Shown piece after piece: positions 7,799-15,341 of a stretch of 32,000 bases of DNA. The stretch comes from Psychrobacter sp. DM4 (lineage in GTDB: Bacteria; Pseudomonadota; Gammaproteobacteria; Pseudomonadales; Moraxellaceae), in NCBI RefSeq assembly GCF_051307035.1, contig NZ_CP195536.1:990001-1022000 (forward strand). The letters are read 5' to 3'. Within the stretch, counting starts at the first letter, position 1; the number at the start of each line of letters is the position of its first letter. The notes under the pieces were generated by a model. The model did not search any database, was not told the DNA's origin, and worked only from the letters and a program-made list of their open reading frames with translations. The position numbers and the translations under genes are program-made.

Positions 7799-8917
7799 TT
7801 ACCCTGCAGGTTTTACATTGATATCAGGGGCGGGGATGTCCCAAATATAAAACTTGCCCTCTTCAACCAGTTTGATCTGCTGCGGAATAACAGCGTCGTT
7901 AGGCATTTTTTGTTGAAGCTGACGCAAACGATCTAAAGCTTGGCTACGGCGATCACTAAGCAAGTCGGACTGCGCTAGGCTCTGTTCAGCTTCTGTAAAA
8001 TTCAATGCTACAGCGCGATCAAGATACTTTTGACCTTCTTTAAAGCCGCCGCCTTCAGAGAGCATCATGCCATACAAGAAGTTGGCTTCGCCGCTGTTAG
8101 GGTTACTCTGAATAGCGCGATCAACATATCGACCGCCGCGAATCGCATAATCTGTACCCAAATCTAAGTTCCGACCCATACCATTTAGTTTTGCAGCGCG
8201 GATAAGGACGTCATAAGAGGCATCAGATTTGTCAGCGTAAGGATCAATCCAATCTGTAAATACTTTTATCTTTTCACGAGTGTAGTGACGCTGTGAGCGG
8301 TTTGGAAAGTTTGGTGGATAGTGACGCGCATTTGGTGAGACATCTTCGATAAAATCATCTAACAAACTGACATCCAGCTTATCGATACCTGAGCTTTGCT
8401 GCGGAATCAATATCGTTTTGACGAAGCTGATGTTAGAGAGTTGCACTTGCGGCACTGGGATATTATTGAGCTGACCACGGCGAAGATCGATACCTGTCGC
8501 ACGAATAGGTCCACTTTCGTAGACACGCGTCGTTCCTGCAATCTCTGCTGGTACTGGTATCGCCGCAGCTCTTGGCAATTGACTAATAGCATCTTGTTGC
8601 GCTGTATTAGCACTATTCATGTTGCTAGTGCTATTCATGTTGCTAGTGCTATTCATGTTGCTAGTGCTATTCATGTTGCTAGTGCTATTCATGTTGCTAG
8701 TGCTATTAGGATTGGGCTTCGCTAAGCGAATAACGCGTTTACTTGAATCAATAGCACTTGGGGCACTCATAGTAGCCGCACTTTCAGTATCTGCACTTTC
8801 AGCAGCATTAGCAGGTGCACCTATCATCATCATGCAAGCGGCTATAGCGCTTAAGGCTATTGCCTTGTTTTTGTGTGCTGTGGGTATACGCTGGCTCATA
8901 TCAGTCATTACCTTCAA
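7799..8917 (-). CDS. Secreted protein of unknown function with N-terminal hexapeptide (NSTSNM) repeat linker
   Basis: 372-aa ORF. The track start at 8917 is a TTG; ATG codons at 8908 or 8899 are more likely (AAGG upstream). The signal peptide is AIALSAIAACMMMIGAPANA. A Ser/Thr/Asn-rich repeat region follows, then a ~250-aa globular part whose C-terminus looks helical-repeat-like (FLYGMMLSEGGGFKEGQKYLDRAVAL). I recognise no family. Confidence 0.6.
   Translation of the reverse strand: MKVMTDMSQRIPTAHKNKAIALSAIAACMMMIGAPANAAESADTESAATMSAPSAIDSSKRVIRLAKPNPNSTSNMNSTSNMNSTSNMNSTSNMNSTSNMNSANTAQQDAISQLPRAAAIPVPAEIAGTTRVYESGPIRATGIDLRRGQLNNIPVPQVQLSNISFVKTILIPQQSSGIDKLDVSLLDDFIEDVSPNARHYPPNFPNRSQRHYTREKIKVFTDWIDPYADKSDASYDVLIRAAKLNGMGRNLDLGTDYAIRGGRYVDRAIQSNPNSGEANFLYGMMLSEGGGFKEGQKYLDRAVALNFTEAEQSLAQSDLLSDRRSQALDRLRQLQQKMPNDAVIPQQIKLVEEGKFYIWDIPAPDINVKPAG
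8613..8708. repeat. Perfect 18-bp tandem repeat (5 full copies plus partial), in frame within the CDS
   Basis: The unit CTATTCATGTTGCTAGTG is repeated head-to-tail at 8613, 8631, 8649, 8667 and 8685, with a partial sixth copy. On the minus strand it encodes (NSTSNM)n. Confidence 0.95.
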
Positions 8918-8918
8918 T

Positions 8919-8947
8919 TGTTGGTTTCAGTAAGTGTTGGTTTCAGT
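8919..8947. repeat. 13-bp perfect direct repeat x2 immediately upstream of the repeat-protein start
   Basis: TGTTGGTTTCAGT occurs at 8919-8931 and again at 8935-8947 (period 16 nt). Function is unknown. Confidence 0.5.
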
Positions 8948-9010
8948 TATTTTTGTGTTACCCAAAGCATCTATAAGTAATAAAGAAGCTAAGAGTTAGT
9001 CGATGGTTAT

Positions 9011-9055
9011 TCCCTTGAATGCTAATCCCTTTGAGTGCTAGTCCTTTAAGTGCAA
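9011..9055. repeat. Three tandem imperfect ~15-bp direct repeats in the coq7 / repeat-protein intergenic region
   Basis: TCCCTTGAATGCTA (9011-9024), TCCCTTTGAGTGCTA (9026-9040) and TCCTTTAAGTGCAA (9042-9055). They lie 94-139 nt upstream of the repeat-protein gene start. They could be a direct-repeat regulator site, but this is untested. Confidence 0.4.
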
Positions 9056-9124
9056 TTATAGTCCATCATAAAAGGGCGCTTTTCAAATATTACTGTAGTT
9101 GCTTATGCCGATCAGTGGCTATCA

Positions 9125-9769
9125 TTACACATGATACGCTGCTATTTTCATACCATTTGCAAGCCAGCGCATCGTATGACGCACAGGTGGCAAGAGCGCA
9201 GTGCCACCACTTTGCAACGCCAATTCACGGTGATGAAGCTCCTCGATATCCATTTGCGCTAATATCTCTCTTGAACGCACGTCTTGTATCGGCAATCTAC
9301 CAATGTGATCTTGCAAATGCTCGCTCACTTGCGCTTCTGTTTCGGCGACGAATCCTAAGCTAAATTCGTTGGAGATCGCACCTGCGACAGCGCCAAGACC
9401 GAATGACATTCCGTACCATAATGGCGTGAGTAGGCTGGCATGGCTTCCAAGCTCACTTAAACGCGTCTCACACCATACCAGATGATCGACTTCCTCTGTT
9501 GCAGACTGATGCATGGCTTGTCTGACATTATCATCTTTTGCGGCAAAAGCTTGCCCGTGATACAGACCCTGAGCGCAGACCTCGCCCGTATGATTGATAC
9601 GCATAAGTCCGGCCACATGACGCGATTCTGTGATGCTCAGCTCAGGAATAGTATCATCACTCACAGGTAGGGCGCGAGTGCTAGGATTAGAATGCGGTAC
9701 GATAGCACGCAGCGCTTTATCGACGCCAAGTAATAACTGATCGACTTTAGATAACGGTCGCGATGTCAT
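9125..9769 (-). CDS. coq7: Demethoxyubiquinone hydroxylase Coq7 (di-iron carboxylate ubiquinone biosynthesis monooxygenase)
   Basis: 214-aa ORF of typical Coq7 length. It contains INHTGEVCAQGLYHGQA, the motifs EEVDHLVWC and EELHHRE (paired E-x-x-H di-iron ligand motifs), and the conserved N-terminal DQLLLGVDKALR. Confidence 0.85.
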   Translation of the reverse strand: MTSRPLSKVDQLLLGVDKALRAIVPHSNPSTRALPVSDDTIPELSITESRHVAGLMRINHTGEVCAQGLYHGQAFAAKDDNVRQAMHQSATEEVDHLVWCETRLSELGSHASLLTPLWYGMSFGLGAVAGAISNEFSLGFVAETEAQVSEHLQDHIGRLPIQDVRSREILAQMDIEELHHRELALQSGGTALLPPVRHTMRWLANGMKIAAYHV

Positions 9770-10092
9770 GTCAAGCTCCTGATATATCTAGTAAAAATGT
9801 AGTCGTAGCATATCGTTTTTGATACTCAAAAGTGTACTCTGTTTTGTCATACGAGTAGTAGTCTACCAATGTTTCTCTCACAATGAGTAGTAATTTTACT
9901 GTCTGCATACTTTTTTAAAGCGCATAGATACAACACTATAGCAAACAACAAAGTTTTTGCGCATAACAGATTCTATCAGTACCGTATGCTTGTTGTCACT
10001 ACTATCACTATCTGACATACGGTCCTAAAATAACCATGTATTAACAATAAGATATTGAGGATGATCACTCGGTGTTTATCTTATATTGATAA

Positions 10093-11424
10093 CTAAATCA
10101 TAGGTTCGTCGTTGGTCTGCATAACCGCGTTTTTGATATGTTTGTTGAGCTTAGTGTACAAAAAGACGCCAAAGACAATATTGAGTAGTCCTGTGACCAA
10201 GAACAGCTGCGGTAATGACATTTTGACTACGTTCAGCACGACGATAGCGAAGATGGCCGAGCTGACCATAAATATAGCATTGAAGATATTATTAGCGCCG
10301 ACGATGCGCGCACGATGGCTTTTTGGGGCATAGGCTTGCATAGACGCATATAACGGCACGATATATAAGCCGCCACTGAACCCCAAAAAGAACAAATCAA
10401 CAAAGACGCGCCAGCTACCAGGTATGCCAAGCAAGTCACTAATACCAAACAGTATCGATCCACCTGAGGGAATATTCATGCCTGAGAGCGAAAAATACAA
10501 ATCAATAGCAAAGACACTGAGCCCTGCAATACCAAAAGGCAGCAGGCGTAAACTAACTTGATTTTTGGTCAAGCTTTTGCATAACAGTGACCCAATAGCG
10601 ACACCGACAGAAAACAGCGTCAATAAGAAAATAACAACAGACTCATTACCGAACAAGATAACTTTGCTAAATTCAGGCGTTTGGGTCAAAAATGTTGCGC
10701 CATAAAACCAAAACCAACTATTGCCCAAAATCACAAAAAACAAAAAGGGCAATGAATACAAATAGCGCACTGTTGCTAGGCTAGTGGTAAAAATATTCCA
10801 GTTGATCTTCAGCTCAGGCTGCATGGCAGGAGTCTCTGGAATAGAGCGCGATGCCAAGTAACCCAAGACGGCGACCAGTACGACTGTTGCGCTAATCCAG
10901 TATAGGGACTGCGGCAGCTGCGTGAGTAATCCTGCGACGATCATACCGATCAAAATAGCCAAAGAGGTGCCCATCTGAAACAAACCATTGGCACCAACCA
11001 GCTCATCCTCCTTCATCGCTTGTGGCAGATAGGCATACTTGATCGGACCAAAAAACGTCGAATGTGTACCCATCAAAAACAGCGCGACAAACAAAAGCGT
11101 ATACCACTCAAACACGAAGCCTACGGCGGCTACTGTCATAATAGTAATCTCTAAAACTTTAGTTAAGCGCGTGAGCTTTGATTTTTCGTACTTATCCGCG
11201 ATCTGACCTGCTAATGCCGAAAACAAAAAGTAGGGCAATATAAACAGCATAGCTGCCAAGTTGTTCAAGATACTAACCTCAACGCCGATTTGACTGGCAG
11301 CGGTATAGGTCAAGACTAATATTAGAGCCTGTTTAAACACATTGTCATTGAACGCACCCAAGAACTGGGTAAAAAACATAGCGCTAAAGCGGCGACGCTT
11401 AAAGAGTTGAAACTGGTTTGCCAT
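10093..11424 (-). CDS. MFS transporter, lysophospholipid-transporter (LplT)-like
   Basis: 443-aa polytopic protein. FTQFLGAFNDNVFKQAL, ALAGQIADKYEK and PIKYAYLP...LVGANGL line up with the corresponding LplT/Aas-associated MFS motifs as I remember them. No acyltransferase partner is adjacent. Confidence 0.6.
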   Translation of the reverse strand: MANQFQLFKRRRFSAMFFTQFLGAFNDNVFKQALILVLTYTAASQIGVEVSILNNLAAMLFILPYFLFSALAGQIADKYEKSKLTRLTKVLEITIMTVAAVGFVFEWYTLLFVALFLMGTHSTFFGPIKYAYLPQAMKEDELVGANGLFQMGTSLAILIGMIVAGLLTQLPQSLYWISATVVLVAVLGYLASRSIPETPAMQPELKINWNIFTTSLATVRYLYSLPFLFFVILGNSWFWFYGATFLTQTPEFSKVILFGNESVVIFLLTLFSVGVAIGSLLCKSLTKNQVSLRLLPFGIAGLSVFAIDLYFSLSGMNIPSGGSILFGISDLLGIPGSWRVFVDLFFLGFSGGLYIVPLYASMQAYAPKSHRARIVGANNIFNAIFMVSSAIFAIVVLNVVKMSLPQLFLVTGLLNIVFGVFLYTKLNKHIKNAVMQTNDEPMI

Positions 11425-11869
11425 GAATGTTCCTACAAATGATGCGCCTGATTAGGGAATAATAGAGGCGTGAAAGGTTGAGGCATAGCTTTACGCTGCT
11501 GTATATAGTCTTTATTACCTAGACATTGAGTCTGTATTACAGATACAGAAACTAGTATAGATCATTGAAGCGAGAGACATCGACGCTATACAAATATCAA
11601 TGGTATCAAAAACTTATCAGAATATAAGATAGGATTTATCACTATTAGGTCGTATAATAGCAAGGCTTTGCCAAAAAATACATGCGCTAGATGCTATGAT
11701 TGAATAATTAACTGCGCTATGATTTGTAAGTTTTGCTCTATTAGCATGAACGCGTGTACATCGACTCATCGTCAGTTTTAGACATTTTTAATGTTATCCC
11801 TCTTTTAGTTTACTAGTCTCTTTTGTTTATTAGTATTACGTACGCCGCGTGAGGCGACAGGAAAAATGT

Positions 11870-14800
11870 ATGTTAAGACATCAGCCTTTAGCGCCTCATC
11901 ATCTCCCCCCCAAACGCTCCTCTGTTCAGTTCACTCGAACGGCGCTATTTAGTGCCTTGGCTGCAAGTTTAGTAGGTTTTGGTATCGCGCCTGCGCAGGC
12001 GGCCGAGTCAACTTCTAACACAAACTCGTCTATGGCAGCGGCTGAAGACGCGCAACTCGATAGAGCGCTAGAAGCCTTGCGATTGCAACAAGAAGCTGAG
12101 CAAGGAGAGGTTGATCAATCGGTACTGACAGAGTTCAATCGTCGTAATGCTGCCAATACTAATAATGACGCGCCGCCGCAATCTGCAGACACAGCAACTA
12201 CCAGTGATTCTAACAATGCACTTGATATTTCTGACAGCATTTTTGATAACAGTGATATGTCGCCGACATCCAATGAGTTATTAGAGCAACAAGCCGCTAG
12301 TGTACAACAGCAGGGTTATCAGATGATGACGCCTGAGCAGATCGAAAGAGAGCTTGCTGCGCTAGACGCGCCAATGGATATGATAAATGGCGCTAGTACT
12401 GGTAGCGCGAATAGTGACGGCATTAACAGTCGCAACTTTGACACTGATTTTGATGCGCCTGTGGCTACCTTAGACAGTACTCGTGCGCCCGTTGGTTTCG
12501 ATACCGAACTCGATGCAGCCAATCTCCCTACACCGACCAATCTTGATACGCTTAACCGAGAAGAGAGCGCCGCTGACCGCGCCAAGACGGCTGAGATTTT
12601 GGCAAGGCCAATTAATGTTAGCGATGCTGTAGGTAGTGGCCGCGTTGATGCAAGAGACGATATTACCCAGCAGACTAATCCTGAGCGCATGCTGGCAAAC
12701 CAAGACGGCAATCGGGTGACTGGCGCTAACAATACTATTGCTGAGGTAACAGAAGAAGCGCGTACGGGTCAATTACTTGAGACCATCGATAATCAAACTG
12801 ACGATTTAAATCCTGACGACTATTTACCTGACTATCAGGCAGCCACTGAAACCGAAGCTGTCAGCGAGAGTATAGTACAAGCTGATGCAAATAAGCCAAA
12901 AGCGCTTAGTTCAGGTAACTTTATCAAGCGTACTTACAACCGCTTGTTCAATGGAGGCGTATCTGGATTGCCGCATATCGAGACGACAGTCTACTTACAA
13001 CAAGGCTCTGATACTCTACAAGGGGGCAGTACCTCGCCCAGACTGATTGAGGCGGATGAAGATATTCAGCCTATCAACAATATCAAAGCGGCGCTCGATG
13101 ACACTACTGTACAATCGGTGGTTGATTTTACAGCAGCCTTGCCGCGTCTGCGTCAGAGTGCTCTAGATGCTGCAAAGGCAGTAGGGTATTATGATGTGGT
13201 TTTGAGTTTGCGCCAGCCTAGCCCCGACCGTATAGACGTTATCATCGAACGATTAGGAGAGCCTGTACGTGTAGACAATCGTATCGTTGAGGTTCGCGGT
13301 GAAGGAATAGATCTTCCGGAGTTTCAGGCTCTACAAGATGAGCTACCTCCCAAAGAGGGCGATATATTTAATCATCGCGTCTACAAAAGTAGTAAAGCCG
13401 CTCTTGAAGCTCTGAGTAGCACTTATGGCTATTTTGATCAGTATTGGCTGAACAAATCTGTTGATATTATCTTGCCTGACAATACCGCTGATGTCTCACT
13501 AGTCTATGATACGGGTGAGCGCTACGAGTTCGATGAGGTAATATTTTTCACTTATGATAAAGAGTCGGGCACTCTAACTCGTGACCCCGATAAATTGCCT
13601 GTTGAGCTATCACTGCTCAGGCAACTATATAATTTCCGCGAAGGCGATCCGTTCTATCGCCCCGATATCACCAAATTCAGTAACGATTTATCGGCGACTC
13701 GCTATTTCAACACGGTCAACGTCGAGTCAATTCTACCGCCAGATGAGCGGACGCAGAATAGCACCTTAGCTTTTGATAATGCGCCTACGACTGACGGTAG
13801 CCTAGATAACAACGGCTTAGATAATGATGTCGATAGCGATAACAATAGTGCTGGTAATGAGGGTAGCGTGTTAAATGCTGGCAGTAATAACAGTGAAGAT
13901 ACTGCCAATTCTGACGGCGTAGGTTCTGAGAGTATGAACGCGGGTAGTGGAGCAACGGTCGATGAAGAGGATATCGCGCCTATTGAGTTCGAAGTTGATG
14001 AACAAACCAATGAAAAACTACAAGCGATTAAACAAAAAGCTGAGCGCTTAACGCAGTTGCCAAATGATCGTGTTTTAGATGAAAAAGAAGAAAAAGCTGA
14101 AAACATCTTGGGCAAGATAAGTGATTCGTTTAGCAATATCGTCGAAAAAGTATTCCCTGATGACAAAAGTGTGCTCGAGGATGAGAACTTCGTGCCACCA
14201 ACGCTTGCTGGACGTATTGCTCCTGAGCAAGTGTTAGAGACTAAAAAAGTGCCTTTGTATGTCTTTGTGTCATCCGAAAATCCGCGTGATGCTGAAGTTG
14301 GTATTGGTTATGGCACTGATACTGGTGTGCGCGCCACCGCAAGAATAGACTATAACCTGATCAATCGTCAGGGATATCAGGCAGGGGCTGAGGTCGAGTA
14401 CTCGCGAATCACTAAAAACGCGACGATATACGGTAGCAGACCTTGGAAGCATCCTCTCAATGACAAGCTTGAGGCGCGCCTAACTTATGAAGAAGAAGTC
14501 ATCGACCAAGGTGAAGGCAACTTTGATCTATCAACCAGAACACTAAAGGCGGCTCTAGCGCGCAACATTCGCCGCGAAAATGGTTGGAATCGCAGTTATT
14601 TTGTCAAATATCGTTTAGATGAATTGGAGACGGGTGTAAATGATGCGGATTTAGAAGATTTGCCCATTCGCTTTATCTCCTCAAAACCGACGCAGGAAGC
14701 TCTGCTATTTGGTTACGGCATCAACAAAACAGATGTGGATAATGTGTTAAATCCGACGCGCGGTTTGCGCCAGTATTATAGTATCGAAGCAGGATCTGAA

Positions 14801-15280
14801 GATGTGCTAAGCGATACAGATATGGCCATCATCAAAGCTGGGGTCAGCGGGCTCTATAGCTTTGGAGAGGATGACAAACATCAACTACTCGGCCGCTTCA
14901 ATACTGGCTATATTTGGGCAGATAATTTTGAAGGCGTGCCTTATAAGCTGCGTTTTTTTGCAGGTGGTGACCAGAGTATTCGCGGTTATGATTATGAGAG
15001 CCTATCTCCTCTTAGAAACGGTTATTTGACTGGTGGACAAGTACTAGCGGTAGGTAGTGCTGAATACAACTACGAGTTTAGACCCGGCTTTCGAGGAGCG
15101 CTATTTACCGATATCGGTAACGCTTATGATACCGATTTTGACACTGAAACCAAAGTTGGGGTTGGCGTTGGTATCCGCTGGGCGTCCCCTGTCGGCGTAG
15201 TACGCGTTGATGTCGCCGCAGGCGTGACAGAGGACAGTGTTCCCGTTAGACTACATTTCTTTATTGGCTCACCGCTATAG
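11870..15280 (+). CDS. tamA: Translocation and assembly module outer-membrane subunit TamA (Omp85 family), extended form
   Basis: The ORF is open from a GTG at 11849. The ATG at 11870 has AGGAAA about 9 nt upstream. The signal peptide ends APAQA/AE. The POTRA-like region (ERYEFDEVIF, FREGDPF, LSATRYFNTVNV) and the C-terminal barrel with LRFFAGGDQSIRGYDYESL and VGVGIRWASPVGVVRVDVA match E. coli TamA motifs. tamB follows immediately. Confidence 0.8.
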   Translation: MLRHQPLAPHHLPPKRSSVQFTRTALFSALAASLVGFGIAPAQAAESTSNTNSSMAAAEDAQLDRALEALRLQQEAEQGEVDQSVLTEFNRRNAANTNNDAPPQSADTATTSDSNNALDISDSIFDNSDMSPTSNELLEQQAASVQQQGYQMMTPEQIERELAALDAPMDMINGASTGSANSDGINSRNFDTDFDAPVATLDSTRAPVGFDTELDAANLPTPTNLDTLNREESAADRAKTAEILARPINVSDAVGSGRVDARDDITQQTNPERMLANQDGNRVTGANNTIAEVTEEARTGQLLETIDNQTDDLNPDDYLPDYQAATETEAVSESIVQADANKPKALSSGNFIKRTYNRLFNGGVSGLPHIETTVYLQQGSDTLQGGSTSPRLIEADEDIQPINNIKAALDDTTVQSVVDFTAALPRLRQSALDAAKAVGYYDVVLSLRQPSPDRIDVIIERLGEPVRVDNRIVEVRGEGIDLPEFQALQDELPPKEGDIFNHRVYKSSKAALEALSSTYGYFDQYWLNKSVDIILPDNTADVSLVYDTGERYEFDEVIFFTYDKESGTLTRDPDKLPVELSLLRQLYNFREGDPFYRPDITKFSNDLSATRYFNTVNVESILPPDERTQNSTLAFDNAPTTDGSLDNNGLDNDVDSDNNSAGNEGSVLNAGSNNSEDTANSDGVGSESMNAGSGATVDEEDIAPIEFEVDEQTNEKLQAIKQKAERLTQLPNDRVLDEKEEKAENILGKISDSFSNIVEKVFPDDKSVLEDENFVPPTLAGRIAPEQVLETKKVPLYVFVSSENPRDAEVGIGYGTDTGVRATARIDYNLINRQGYQAGAEVEYSRITKNATIYGSRPWKHPLNDKLEARLTYEEEVIDQGEGNFDLSTRTLKAALARNIRRENGWNRSYFVKYRLDELETGVNDADLEDLPIRFISSKPTQEALLFGYGINKTDVDNVLNPTRGLRQYYSIEAGSEDVLSDTDMAIIKAGVSGLYSFGEDDKHQLLGRFNTGYIWADNFEGVPYKLRFFAGGDQSIRGYDYESLSPLRNGYLTGGQVLAVGSAEYNYEFRPGFRGALFTDIGNAYDTDFDTETKVGVGVGIRWASPVGVVRVDVAAGVTEDSVPVRLHFFIGSPL

Positions 15281-15341
15281 TGGTATTGATCTACCCTCAT
15301 AAATTTATTAGTAGCCTTAACTATGACCTTATCTAACGCAG

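Noticed and set aside
8613-8708. Possible CRISPR array, because of regularly spaced identical repeats.
   Set aside because: The repeats are contiguous with no spacers, are only 18 bp long, lie in frame within a CDS, and have no cas genes nearby. This is a coding VNTR, not CRISPR.
8396-8933. Plus-strand ORFs 8396..8725 and 8619..8933, encoding (HVASAI)n and (LLVLFM)n repeats.
   Set aside because: They are the antisense reading frames of the 18-bp tandem repeat inside the minus-strand secreted-protein gene. They are open only because the repeat unit lacks stops. They have no SD and no independent support.
9019-9363. Track ORF 9019..9363 (+), 114 aa.
   Set aside because: Most of it is antisense to coq7, and its start lies in the direct-repeat intergenic region. 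It has no SD, and its Leu/Ser/Ala-rich composition is typical of an antisense frame.
11425-11848. Small ORFs in the lplT-like/tamA divergent intergenic region, e.g. a 14-codon ORF (MSKTDDESMYTRSC) with a GAGGGA upstream, and a ~54-codon minus-strand ORF.
   Set aside because: They are very short with no recognisable motif. The SD spacing is long (about 11 nt), and they lie about 380 nt from the gene they would have to regulate. I treat the region as divergent promoter DNA.
12319-14452. Minus-strand ORFs antisense to tamA (12319..12732, 12470..12772, 13702..14166, 14270..14452).
   Set aside because: They lie entirely within the well-supported tamA frame, in its GA/GC-codon-biased low-complexity regions. 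Their products are Ser/Leu/Ala-rich nonsense typical of antisense frames.
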